A DNA stretch of 64,000 nucleotides from an uncultured Ruminococcus sp. Its GTDB lineage: Bacteria; Bacillota; Clostridia; Oscillospirales; Ruminococcaceae. Position 1 is the stretch's first letter; every line of letters begins with the position of its first letter. Location of the stretch: assembly GCA_910576995.1 (NCBI GenBank), contig CAJTLC010000009.1, positions 33,712 to 97,711 of the forward strand, in the 5' to 3' direction. The notes under the pieces were generated by a model. That model was not told the origin of the DNA. It did not search any database and worked only from the letters and a program-made list of their open reading frames with translations. This document shows positions 48,247-58,022 of this stretch, one piece after another. The translations under genes were made by a program, and so were the position numbers.

Positions 48247-50520
48247 ATGGATATAAATAAAACTTTAGCGAATGAATTCAGCCTGCGTCAGGAGCAGGTA
48301 GACAATACGGTAGCTCTAATCGACGACGACAAAACGATACCTTTTATCGCCCGTTACCGTAAGGAACTCACCGGTTCGCTGGACGATCAGATACTGCGCG
48401 AACTTTATGACAGACTGATGTATCTGCGCAATCTTGAAAAGCGCAAGGAGGAGATCAGAACCGCGATAACCGATCAGGAAAAGATGACTCCGGAAATAGA
48501 AAACGCAATATCCGCCGCGTCAACCCTTGTGGAGATAGAAGATATATATCGCCCGTTCAAGCCGAAACGCCGCACCAGAGCAAGTATTGCACGCGAAAAG
48601 GGTCTTGAACCCCTTGCGGAACTGATAATGGAACAGTCCGACGCAGTTTCGCCCGAAGAAGCCGCCGCCGATTTCGTAAGCGAAGAAAAGGAAATAGCAG
48701 ACGAAAAAGCTGCAATTCAGGGAGCAATGGACATTATCGCCGAAAATATATCCGACGACGCCGATATACGCAAGAAACTCCGCGCCGCAGCTTCCGAAAA
48801 GGGAGAGATAATTTCAAAGGCTTCCGACTCCGAAGCAGAAAGCGTTTACACAAATTATTACGACTATTCCGAACCCGTATCGAAAATTGCAAATCATCGT
48901 ATTCTTGCCCTTGACCGCGGCGAAAAAGAAGGATTCCTTAAAGTCTCGCTGTCGCTGGACGAATCAGCCGCAACCGATATCATTCTCGGCAAGTATATCA
49001 AGGCTAACAATGCCTGCGGAGAGATCGTCCGCGCGGCTGCCGAAGACAGCTATAAGAGGCTTATTTTCCCGTCGATAGAGCGCGAAGTGCGTTCCGATAT
49101 GACGGCAGGCGCGGCTGAAGAATCTATCAAGGTATTCGCGTCGAATCTCCGTCAGCTCCTGCTCCAGCCGCCGCTTAAAAACAGCGTTATCCTCGGTCTT
49201 GACCCCGGCTACAGAACAGGCTGTAAGGTAGCCGTCATAGATTCTACAGGAAAAGTTCTCGATACAAACGTCGTTTACTGCACTCCCGGTCCGAAAACCA
49301 ATATCGCGCTTTCCAAAAAAATAATCAAGGAACTTATCCAGAAGCACGGCGTTACAACCATTTCTATCGGAAACGGCACGGCTTCACGCGAGACCGAGCA
49401 GTTTGCAGCCGATCTTATAAAGGAGATCCCGCAGCAGGTAAGCTACATGGTCGTAAGCGAAGCGGGCGCGTCCGTTTATTCGGCTTCAAAGCTTGCCGCC
49501 GAGGAATTCCCCGACTACGACGTATCGCTCAGAAGCGCGGTTTCCATTGCCCGCCGTCTGCAAGATCCTCTTGCGGAACTTGTTAAGATTGAACCAAAGG
49601 CTATCGGAGTAGGTCAGTATCAGCACGATATGCCGCAGGCTCGCATGAACGACGCGCTTTCAGGAGTTGTCGAAGACTGCGTAAACTCTGTCGGAGTCGA
49701 CCTCAATACGGCTTCACATTCGCTGCTTTCGTACATTTCGGGAATCAACGCGTCAGTCGCCAAAAATATAGTAGCATACCGCGAGGAAAACGGAAAATTC
49801 ACCGATCGCAAGGAACTGTTGAAAGTGCCTAAACTGGGCAAAAAAGCATTCGAGCAGTGCGCCGGATTTCTGAGAGTCCGCGACGGTAAAAATCCCCTTG
49901 ACAATACGGCAGTTCATCCCGAAAGCTACAAAGCCGCTGAATCGCTTCTCGGCGAATGCGGATTCACTCTTGCTGATATTTCTGTCGGCGGAGCTTCCGA
50001 TATAGGCAGCAGAGCGGAGAATGAAGGAATCGAAAAAATCAGCGAAAAACTCGGCATAGGCGTTCCGACACTTAACGATATCATCGGAGAACTTAAAAAA
50101 CCTGGCCGCGATCTCCGTGACGAACTTCCACCTCCTCTGTTGAGAAGCGGCGATATTATGGAGATAAAAGACCTCAAGCCCGGAATGGAGCTGGTCGGAA
50201 CGGTCAGAAATATTATAGATTTTGGCGCGTTCGTCGATATCGGAGTTCATGAGGACGGTCTCGTTCATATTTCTCAGATATGCAATCGTTATATCAAACA
50301 CCCTCTCGAAGCGGTAAAGGTCGGAGAAGTGGTAAAGGTGCGCGTTCTCGAAGTTGACGCCAAACGAAACAGGATCTCTCTCACCATGCGCCTTAACGAC
50401 GAGGAAGAGAAGAAAGACCGCCGCCCTGATAAACGCGACCGTCAGAAACGCGATAACCGCAAAAAAGGCTTCGATCCAAGCAGAATAAGCAACAGCGCGT
50501 TCCGGATAAAGCAGAAATAA
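48247..50520 (+). CDS. tex: Tex-family RNA-binding transcription accessory protein
   Basis: TIPFIARYRKE, GLDPGYRTGCK, IGVGQYQHD, C-terminal S1 domain. Confidence 0.95.
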   Translation: MDINKTLANEFSLRQEQVDNTVALIDDDKTIPFIARYRKELTGSLDDQILRELYDRLMYLRNLEKRKEEIRTAITDQEKMTPEIENAISAASTLVEIEDIYRPFKPKRRTRASIAREKGLEPLAELIMEQSDAVSPEEAAADFVSEEKEIADEKAAIQGAMDIIAENISDDADIRKKLRAAASEKGEIISKASDSEAESVYTNYYDYSEPVSKIANHRILALDRGEKEGFLKVSLSLDESAATDIILGKYIKANNACGEIVRAAAEDSYKRLIFPSIEREVRSDMTAGAAEESIKVFASNLRQLLLQPPLKNSVILGLDPGYRTGCKVAVIDSTGKVLDTNVVYCTPGPKTNIALSKKIIKELIQKHGVTTISIGNGTASRETEQFAADLIKEIPQQVSYMVVSEAGASVYSASKLAAEEFPDYDVSLRSAVSIARRLQDPLAELVKIEPKAIGVGQYQHDMPQARMNDALSGVVEDCVNSVGVDLNTASHSLLSYISGINASVAKNIVAYREENGKFTDRKELLKVPKLGKKAFEQCAGFLRVRDGKNPLDNTAVHPESYKAAESLLGECGFTLADISVGGASDIGSRAENEGIEKISEKLGIGVPTLNDIIGELKKPGRDLRDELPPPLLRSGDIMEIKDLKPGMELVGTVRNIIDFGAFVDIGVHEDGLVHISQICNRYIKHPLEAVKVGEVVKVRVLEVDAKRNRISLTMRLNDEEEKKDRRPDKRDRQKRDNRKKGFDPSRISNSAFRIKQK

Positions 50521-50831
50521 TGTATTTAGTATATATTCTGAGATGCCGAGAAGACCGCCTGTATACCGGAATAACAACCGATATTGAAAGACGTTTCCGC
50601 GAACATCTTGGAAACAGACGCGGCGCAAAATTCACAAAGGCGAATCCGCCGCAGGAGATATCCGCTTTATGGAGCTGCGAAAACAGAAGTATCGCTTCAA
50701 GACTGGAATCGGCGATAAAAAAGCTTTCGCGCACTAAAAAACTGCTTCTAATATCTAATGATATTTCTTTATATGACGTCATAAAAGAAGATTCGTCGAA
50801 TTACGTCAGAATTTTTGATAAAAATTCATAA
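50520..50831 (+). CDS. GIY-YIG nuclease family protein (UPF0213-like)
   Basis: YILRC...LYTGIT...H...GAKFT...E..IKKL. Confidence 0.88.
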   Translation: MYLVYILRCREDRLYTGITTDIERRFREHLGNRRGAKFTKANPPQEISALWSCENRSIASRLESAIKKLSRTKKLLLISNDISLYDVIKEDSSNYVRIFDKNS

Positions 50832-50899
50832 AAAACGCTTGCATTTTATATGAAAATATGTTATATTATAATATGTCATATTTTGCTTGAATTGGAGGG

Positions 50900-51505
50900 A
50901 TGGGCTTGACGCCTCAGGAAGAATTTATTTCTATATATAATGAGAATATCAAACGCGGCGGCGCTGATAAGCTGCTGGAATTCCTCAAAAAATCGGACTT
51001 CTTCAAAGCGCCCAGCAGTACGCGGTTTCACGGCTCTTACGAGGGCGGTCTGGTTGAACACAGCGTCAACGTTTACCATTGCCTTAAAGATTACCTGTCC
51101 CGTCCGCGGACAAAAGAAATTTACGGCATGAACTTTTCGGATGAAACTATTGCGATAGTCGCGCTTCTGCACGACGTCTGCAAGGTTAATTTCTATGCCA
51201 CGGAACTTCGCAACAGAAAAAACGATAAGACGGGTCAGTGGGAAAAATACGCCGCTTACACTATAAACGATACACTGCCCTACGGACACGGCGAAAAATC
51301 GGTTTACATCATTTCGGGATATCTATACGGCGAAAACCGCCTTACGCGCGACGAAGCCTGCGCGATACGCTGGCATATGGGATTTTCGGGCATTGAAGAT
51401 AAAAATACTATCGGCAAGGCTCTGGAAATGTATCCCCTCGCATTCGCACTCCACGTTGCGGATATGGAAGCTTCCTATTTTATTGAGGGAAGCAACAAGA
51501 AATAG
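50900..51505 (+). CDS. HD-domain hydrolase
   Basis: APSSTRFHG...GGLVEHS, LLHD, GHGEKS, IRWHMG. Confidence 0.85.
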   Translation: MGLTPQEEFISIYNENIKRGGADKLLEFLKKSDFFKAPSSTRFHGSYEGGLVEHSVNVYHCLKDYLSRPRTKEIYGMNFSDETIAIVALLHDVCKVNFYATELRNRKNDKTGQWEKYAAYTINDTLPYGHGEKSVYIISGYLYGENRLTRDEACAIRWHMGFSGIEDKNTIGKALEMYPLAFALHVADMEASYFIEGSNKK

Positions 51506-51511
51506 CATTCG

Positions 51512-51671
51512 GAACTTTTGTTCATAGGATAATTGTGCGGATTTTCGAGTGAAATTTTATGATTGCAAGGAGAAAGAACGAAGGAATACTGACGTATTTC
51601 AAGTTCTTTCAACGCAGCAAGCAGAAAATTTCACCGAAAAGGCGTGTAACTTATACTACAAACACAAGTTC
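51512..51671. mobile_element. Family A element A7 (diverged)
   Basis: GAACTTTTGTT...AACACAAGTTC ends; CAAGG...AACGCAG core; duplication not preserved. Confidence 0.8.
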
Positions 51672-51709
51672 CTATAATCATCCACACCAAATATAAAGGA
51701 GTTTTTAAC

Positions 51710-53311
51710 ATGAATTGGTATGATAACGCCATAATCTATCACATTTACCCTCTCGGTTTCTGCGGAGCGCCGAAATTCAACGACTTCAGCAATGACGATG
51801 TTACTTATCGGCTGGATAAAATTCTCGACTGGATTCCCCATTTCAAAGAGATGAACGTTGACGCGATATATTTCGGTCCCGTTTTCGAATCGGTAGAGCA
51901 TGGCTACGATACAGTAGATTATAAGAAGATCGACCGCAGACTTGGCGATAATAATTCTTTCCGCTTTATCTGCGACCGTCTCCATGAAGCGGGTATCAAA
52001 GTTATTCTCGACGGCGTTTTCAATCATGTGGGAAGAAAATTCCCCCAGTTCGTGGACGTTCAGGAAAAGAGACAAGGTTCAGGCTACTGCGACTGGTTCC
52101 AGAATCTCAATTTTGGCGGGCAGTCTCCCTGCGGCGATCCTTTCTGGTATGAGGGCTGGAACGGTCATTACAATCTCGTTAAGCTGAATCTGCGAAATGT
52201 AGGAGTTTGCGATCATATTATCGACGCTGTAAATTACTGGATAGAATCCTTTGGCATCGACGGCATCAGATTTGACGCGGCAGACTGCATCGATTTCGAT
52301 TTCTTCAAGAGAATACGCAGCTTCTGCAAGGGCAAAAAGCGCGATTTCTGGCTTATGGGCGAGATAATCCACGGTGATTACAACAGGTGGGCGAATCCCG
52401 AAATGCTCGACAGCGTCACCAACTATGAATGCTATAAAGGAATTTATTCATCACATAACGACAAAAACTACTACGAGATAGATTATTCCATCAACCGTCA
52501 GTCGGGCGCAAACGGCGGTATTTACAAGAATATCAATCTCTACAATTTCGTTGACAACCACGACGTTAACAGACTCGCAAGCACGGTAAGCAATCCCGCT
52601 CACCTGCCGCTTATTTATACCCTTATGTATTCTATGCCCGGAATCCCCTCTGTTTACTATGGAAGCGAATACGGAATTCAGGGACGCAAGGAAAATAATT
52701 CCGACGACGGTCTCCGTCCGTGCCTGCATCTTGCCGATATGGAACGCGAGAATACTTCATTGTACAAGCATATCGTAAAGCTTGGCAGAATTTACAAGGC
52801 GTATCCTGCGCTCAGAACGGGCGGTTATGAGAGAATGCAGATCACTAATCAGCAGCTTCTCTTCAAGAAAGTTCAGGGCGATCAGACCGTATACGTTGCG
52901 CTCAATCTTGCTGATTATCAGTACGATTTCAACTTCGCAACTCATCTTCCCGCTCTCGTCGATGTTGTAGGCGCAAGTCAGGTAAACGTCGAGAACGGAA
53001 ACGCGCATATCAGTATGCCGCCTTTCTCTTCAATGATCATTGTTTCCGACGACATCGTGAATACCGAACCCGACGCTGCTCCTGCTCATGAAGAACAGAT
53101 CGATTGTGAGACCGAAGTCGTTATCGGCGCGCATTACCGCCACTACAAGGGCAACGAGTACGAAGTCATCGCAGTTGCACGTCACAGCGAAAATAATGAA
53201 GAACTCGTTATTTACAAGAACGTTGCCGACGGCGCGGTATGGGCAAGACCCAAAGCGATTTTCTGCGGCAAATCGGGCGACGGCTCTGTCAGAAGATTTG
53301 TTAAGCTTTAA
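51710..53311 (+). CDS. GH13 alpha-amylase/neopullulanase-like enzyme with C-terminal DUF1653-like domain
   Basis: HGYD, DGVFNH, GIRFDAA, GE, DNHD; tail YRHYKGNEYEV...VIYK...WARP. Confidence 0.88.
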   Translation: MNWYDNAIIYHIYPLGFCGAPKFNDFSNDDVTYRLDKILDWIPHFKEMNVDAIYFGPVFESVEHGYDTVDYKKIDRRLGDNNSFRFICDRLHEAGIKVILDGVFNHVGRKFPQFVDVQEKRQGSGYCDWFQNLNFGGQSPCGDPFWYEGWNGHYNLVKLNLRNVGVCDHIIDAVNYWIESFGIDGIRFDAADCIDFDFFKRIRSFCKGKKRDFWLMGEIIHGDYNRWANPEMLDSVTNYECYKGIYSSHNDKNYYEIDYSINRQSGANGGIYKNINLYNFVDNHDVNRLASTVSNPAHLPLIYTLMYSMPGIPSVYYGSEYGIQGRKENNSDDGLRPCLHLADMERENTSLYKHIVKLGRIYKAYPALRTGGYERMQITNQQLLFKKVQGDQTVYVALNLADYQYDFNFATHLPALVDVVGASQVNVENGNAHISMPPFSSMIIVSDDIVNTEPDAAPAHEEQIDCETEVVIGAHYRHYKGNEYEVIAVARHSENNEELVIYKNVADGAVWARPKAIFCGKSGDGSVRRFVKL

Positions 53312-53398
53312 TAAAAAATAAAAAGGGGGGAATTCTGATTCCTCCCGTAAAATAAGAAAACCGCCGCGATCACGGTAAATTGTGTGCGGCGGTTTTTA

Positions 53399-54142
53399 TC
53401 ATATTTTATCAATTAGCGCTTTGCGTTTGGCGTCAAATTCTTCCTGAGTGATAAGTCCCTGATCGAGAAGATTTTTCAGCTTCACAATAGCTTCCATTGT
53501 ATCGCCGTCGGACGATGCTTTCGTAGCTTTTTCACTCTTGGAATTCACAGCTTCCTTATACTTTTTCAGTTCTTCGAGAGTTTTATCTAAAAATTCCTGC
53601 GCGTTGTCGACGCATAAAAACTTGATGCATGACGACGAACTTCTTATAACCAAAGTCCGTCCGCCAAAAATTTTATCAATAATGCCGTCTCTTATTGAAA
53701 CGTTATCGATCTTTTCAAATGGCTGATTGATTGATTTAAGTGAAAACAGCGTTTTCTTCTTGCCATAAACTCCGTCTTGGTTGAGTTCGAGGGTACATTT
53801 TTTGCACATTGCTCTTGAAAGCGCACACCAAACCATAAATAATGTTGATAAAATAAACGAATAGGTAAACACGCATGTCCACTGTCCCATAAGTAAATAT
53901 GATAAAAATGAACCTCCACGCCAATTCGTATATTTTGCGTCTTCTATAAACCAATTGCCAAACATATTATAATAAGTTATACAGTCATGCTGATAATACA
54001 TCGAATAATGTTGATCCTGCCTTACAGGTATTATGCTTAATATTATCATTATAAGTGAAACAATCGCAATTGCTATACATACATTGTACCATATTTTCTT
54101 GGGATTACTTATCCTCGTTTCACAAAGCACCTTATTTTCCAT
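53399..54142 (-). CDS. Membrane protein with PH-like and C-terminal SHOCT domains
   Basis: 2 TM helices; KLKNLLDQGLITQEEFDAKRKALI SHOCT motif. Confidence 0.75.
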   Translation of the reverse strand: MENKVLCETRISNPKKIWYNVCIAIAIVSLIMIILSIIPVRQDQHYSMYYQHDCITYYNMFGNWFIEDAKYTNWRGGSFLSYLLMGQWTCVFTYSFILSTLFMVWCALSRAMCKKCTLELNQDGVYGKKKTLFSLKSINQPFEKIDNVSIRDGIIDKIFGGRTLVIRSSSSCIKFLCVDNAQEFLDKTLEELKKYKEAVNSKSEKATKASSDGDTMEAIVKLKNLLDQGLITQEEFDAKRKALIDKI

Positions 54143-54144
54143 GA

Positions 54145-54360
54145 TTATATCTCCTTTTCAAATGAAATCTGTCTTTCCTGAAGTACAAGCTTATATCCGT
54201 ATTCTTTGGCTTTCCTTGCAACTGCCGAAGATTTCACCAAATATGTATTGTTCTTTGGAATGTTCAAACCTGTCTTCCTCTTATATTGGCTGTCGGTCAG
54301 GCTAAACGGCTCTCCCGATTCCAACAGTTCAATGATTTTTCCAAGCTTAGGCACAGGCAT
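54145..54360 (-). CDS. Small basic hypothetical protein (71 aa)
   Basis: AAGGGG RBS; coupled to the SHOCT gene. Confidence 0.6.
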   Translation of the reverse strand: MPVPKLGKIIELLESGEPFSLTDSQYKRKTGLNIPKNNTYLVKSSAVARKAKEYGYKLVLQERQISFEKEI

Positions 54361-54428
54361 AATGCATTTCCCCTTTCAGAATTTTGTCGAAATACAGCGA
54401 TTTTAGTTGTTTTTTTCAGTATAACATC

Positions 54429-54445
54429 AAAAAAAAAAAAAAAAA
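54429..54445. repeat. A17 homopolymer in promoter region
   Basis: 17 consecutive A's, 5 bp from a minus-strand extended -10 TG-T-TATACT. Confidence 0.85.
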
Positions 54446-54486
54446 CGGTGATAATTCGGTGATAGTTTTGTGAAATTTTTCGTTCT

Positions 54487-54515
54487 GAATAAAACAAAAA
54501 AATCTGCTCATAATA
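54487..54515 (+). promoter_or_regulatory. Putative SigG (forespore) promoter
   Basis: GAATA-17 bp-CATAATA resembles the SigG consensus. Confidence 0.5.
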
Positions 54516-54589
54516 AGATCACAGGGACGAATTCCTGAGTTTACAGAGCGAAAGTTCTGTTCCGCAAGATGCGGAGAAAGGTCGATATT

Positions 54590-54739
54590 ATGAGCAAGAA
54601 TAAGTCATCACAGCCTAATTTTGACAGCAAGAAGAACAACAATGACTGCACAAACAACAGCAGCCAGCCTGATTTCGGCGATAAGCCGCAGACATCAACT
54701 TCATCAAAATCCAAGACATCTAAGAATTATACAGACTAA
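54590..54739 (+). CDS. Unannotated 49-aa S/N/K-rich small protein, SASP-like candidate
   Basis: GAAAGG RBS; MSKNKSSQPNFDSKKNNNDCTNNSSQPDFGDKPQTSTSSKSKTSKNYTD; own terminator. Confidence 0.7.
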   Translation: MSKNKSSQPNFDSKKNNNDCTNNSSQPDFGDKPQTSTSSKSKTSKNYTD

Positions 54740-54756
54740 AAATACAGCATAACAAG

Positions 54757-54797
54757 AAAACGGTGCGGAAGTATCACAGCTTCCGTGCCGTTTTTTT
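54757..54797 (+). terminator. Intrinsic terminator
   Basis: AAAACGGTGCGGAAG...CTTCCGTGCCGTTTTTTT. Confidence 0.8.
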
Positions 54798-54884
54798 CAG
54801 CATTGAGATTTTAAATTGACTCTTGTGCATACTTGTACAAACTCTTGAATATAATTCTACAAAGCATTTTTCAAGGAGGTCATT

Positions 54885-56426
54885 ATGGATTTTAAGATCA
54901 ACAAAGAAACTATCCCGTCTGCGGAGGTGATCTACAGCGGCATACAGGAACAGGGCGTGGAGCTGGATTATATCCTCCCCGATTACTACCCCGATGTTTT
55001 CAGGCTTATCCGCTGCGACGTCTGCCCCGTTATCGCCGATTATTCGATAAACGGCGATCGTCTTTCATATGAGCTGAAATGCGATATAACGCTGCTCTAC
55101 TGCGACGAGGAAAGCGGCGCAGTTCAATGCATAACCCAGAAACAGACATTCTCAAAATCGGTAGAACTTAAAAAATCCCCCATCGCCGCGGAAGTTACTC
55201 TGTCGCCGAAAACCGATCATGTGAATTTCCGCGCAGTCAACAAACGCCGTCTCGACGTCCGTGGAGCAGTTTCGGTGAAGATTTCCGTCAGCAGCGAAAA
55301 AAATCAGGAAGTTATCAGCGACGCTTTCGGAATGAATATCCAGCTTAAAAAAATTCCGCTCAAATATGCCTCGAAAAGGCTGACCGCTGAAAAAATAATA
55401 CAGTTAAGCGAAGATACAGAACTTACTCCGGCACAGCAGCCCGTTATCGGTATCATACGCACTCAATGCACTGTCAGCGGCTGCGAGAAAAAGATCGTTT
55501 CGGGAAAATTGCTTGCAAAGGGCGATATTGCTGTAAAAATGCTGTATTCCTGCAATTCGGGGATAGAACCTATGGATTATTCCATGCCGTTCAGCCAGAT
55601 AGTTGATATGGAGGGAATCGACGACAGCTTTGAATGTACGGTGAGCGCAGAGGTCATCGGATGCAGCGTAACGCCGTCCACAGATAAAAATAATGAAAAC
55701 CGGATTCTGCGCATAGAGCCTGAATTGCGAATAAGCTGCCGCGCTGTAAAATTTTCCGAAATTATGGTTGCCGCCGACGCTTATTCGACGATATATCCGT
55801 GCGAAACAATGATAGACACTATCCGTGCGGAACAGCTTCCGTCAACATATGTGGAGGGGTTCAGGCATACAGCCAAACTTGCCGAGGGAGACGGCGTTCC
55901 GAAAAATATCTATGCCATGTGGTGTACGCCGAAAAACATAAATACGCGCCTTGGAAGCGACGGCAGATCTGTCATTATTTCGGGAATGCTTACCTATTCG
56001 ATGGCTGCGGAAGACGCTTCGGGAGCGATAATAATGCCCGACAGGGACGAAGCCTTTGAGGAAACTGTCGAAATCGGAGACGATCTTTCCGGAGCAGCAG
56101 TTACGGCTGATATTGTCAACGCAGATATTTCATACAACATATCTTCTGAAGGTATTCTCAACGCAAAAGCCGATATTACCGTAAGGATAAGCGCAGGCAG
56201 TTCGTTCGATCTAAGAGCGCTTACAGACGTCTCCATTGACGATTCCGTGAAAAAGCAGCGCGACGGCGACTACGCGTTCAAGCTTTATTTCGGTGTGGAA
56301 AATGAAGATATATGGGATATTGCAAAGCGATGCAGCACCGGTGTGGAAGCCATTATGGAAGAAAACGATCTTGCTGACAGACGCCTTGAAAGCGGCAGTA
56401 TGCTGCTCATTCCCATAATTGAATAA
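54885..56426 (+). CDS. SPOCS (DUF3794) plus LysM spore coat morphogenetic protein, SipL-like
   Basis: ILPDYYPDV, repeated SPOCS-like domains, C-terminal LysM IWDIAKR; adjacent to spoIVA. Confidence 0.8.
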   Translation: MDFKINKETIPSAEVIYSGIQEQGVELDYILPDYYPDVFRLIRCDVCPVIADYSINGDRLSYELKCDITLLYCDEESGAVQCITQKQTFSKSVELKKSPIAAEVTLSPKTDHVNFRAVNKRRLDVRGAVSVKISVSSEKNQEVISDAFGMNIQLKKIPLKYASKRLTAEKIIQLSEDTELTPAQQPVIGIIRTQCTVSGCEKKIVSGKLLAKGDIAVKMLYSCNSGIEPMDYSMPFSQIVDMEGIDDSFECTVSAEVIGCSVTPSTDKNNENRILRIEPELRISCRAVKFSEIMVAADAYSTIYPCETMIDTIRAEQLPSTYVEGFRHTAKLAEGDGVPKNIYAMWCTPKNINTRLGSDGRSVIISGMLTYSMAAEDASGAIIMPDRDEAFEETVEIGDDLSGAAVTADIVNADISYNISSEGILNAKADITVRISAGSSFDLRALTDVSIDDSVKKQRDGDYAFKLYFGVENEDIWDIAKRCSTGVEAIMEENDLADRRLESGSMLLIPIIE

Positions 56427-56444
56427 AATTTAAAGGAGCAAAGT

Positions 56445-57920
56445 ATGGCTAAAGATATTTACAGCAGCATTGCCGAACGTACGGGCGGCGATATTTATAT
56501 CGGCGTAGTCGGACCGGTAAGAACGGGAAAATCCACATTTATAAAGCGTTTTATGGAATCGCTGGTGATCCCGAACATAAAGAGCGAATTTATGCGCGAG
56601 CGCGCCATCGACGAACTTCCGCAGTCGGCGGCAGGCAAGACGATAATGACTACCGAGCCGAAATTCATTCCTGAAGAAGCCGTTGAAGTAAGTCTCGGCG
56701 ACGGCGCGGTATTCAACGTCCGCCTCATCGACTGCGTGGGATATATCGTTCCCAGTTCGATAGGCTACATCGAAAACGAACAGCCTCGTATGGTCATGAC
56801 GTCGTGGTTTGATGAGGAGATTCCCTTCAATATGGCGGCGGAAATAGGCACGCAGAAGGTCATTACCGATCATTCGACTATCGGTCTCGTAGTCACCACC
56901 GACGGTACTATCTCCGATATCCCGCGTAATGAATACGAGGAATGCGAAGAACGCGTCATAGGCGAACTGAAAGATCTGGGAAAGCCTTTTGTGGTTATAC
57001 TGAATACCGTGAATCCTACTGCTCCCGAAGCCAAGGCAATGGCAGCGCAGCTTTCAGAAAAATACGACGCAAAGGTCATTCCCGTAAACTGCCTTAGCCT
57101 TGACGACGACGATATAAAGGAAATAATCCGCGAAATTCTTTATTCGTTCCCCGTGCGCGAGATCAATATCAGAACCGCGCGCTGGATAAATACCCTTGAA
57201 AAAGGTCATTGGCTGAAAACTGAAATTCTCGGCTGCATTCGCGAAGCCGCTAAGGGAATTCGGCTTGTGCGCGAGGCGGAATCGGCGGCGACCGCAATGG
57301 AGCAATGCCCACACATAATCAGCGCGGTCACGACGGCTATAGATCTCGGAACAGGTTCGGTAACCATAACAGCCGATCTTGACAGCAGCCTTTTCTACCG
57401 GATTATAGGAGAAGCTACGGGAATCGAATTGAACAGCGAAAGCGATCTCATGCCGCTGCTCATGGAACTGAACGACATCAAAAAGCAGTACAACAGAATC
57501 GCGCCCGCTCTTGCGGAGGTTGAAGCCACCGGTTACGGTATCGTAATGCCTGAACTTGAGGAACTCACGCTGGAAGAGCCGAAAATTATCAAGCAGGGCG
57601 GCAAATACGGCGTAAAATTAAAGGCGTCCGCTCCGTCGATACATATGATGAGAGCGAATATCAACACCACTGTTTCGCCAATAGTGGGAACGGAAAAACA
57701 GTCCGAGGAGCTTGTCATGTATCTGCTTGACGGATTCGACGATAATCCCACGAAAATCTGGGAGAGCAATATTTTCGGAAAATCGCTTCACGAACTTGTC
57801 AACGAGGGACTGCACAATAAGCTGTACAAAATGCCCGTCGATGCGCGCATGAAGCTTCAGGAAACGCTTGAACGCATAATCAACGACGGATGCAGCGGTC
57901 TGATATGCTTTATCCTTTGA
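56445..57920 (+). CDS. spoIVA: Stage IV sporulation protein A
   Basis: GVVGPVRTGKSTFIKRFM, TTEPKF, GLICFIL. Confidence 0.97.
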   Translation: MAKDIYSSIAERTGGDIYIGVVGPVRTGKSTFIKRFMESLVIPNIKSEFMRERAIDELPQSAAGKTIMTTEPKFIPEEAVEVSLGDGAVFNVRLIDCVGYIVPSSIGYIENEQPRMVMTSWFDEEIPFNMAAEIGTQKVITDHSTIGLVVTTDGTISDIPRNEYEECEERVIGELKDLGKPFVVILNTVNPTAPEAKAMAAQLSEKYDAKVIPVNCLSLDDDDIKEIIREILYSFPVREINIRTARWINTLEKGHWLKTEILGCIREAAKGIRLVREAESAATAMEQCPHIISAVTTAIDLGTGSVTITADLDSSLFYRIIGEATGIELNSESDLMPLLMELNDIKKQYNRIAPALAEVEATGYGIVMPELEELTLEEPKIIKQGGKYGVKLKASAPSIHMMRANINTTVSPIVGTEKQSEELVMYLLDGFDDNPTKIWESNIFGKSLHELVNEGLHNKLYKMPVDARMKLQETLERIINDGCSGLICFIL

Positions 57921-58022
57921 AATTTTATGGAATATATACAAAATCAGTTGTATGATTATATGCATTCATACAAACTTTAAAATAATTTCGTCTTTTTCCC
58001 CTTTCAGATTCACTATTATATA

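Noticed and set aside
49753..50628. 291-aa minus-strand ORF
   Set aside because: Antisense shadow of tex.
50520..50831. GIY-YIG protein as mobiliser of the hairpin elements
   Set aside because: It is a common stand-alone UPF0213-type gene coupled to tex and not flanked by the elements; TIRs and duplications point to DDE transposases.
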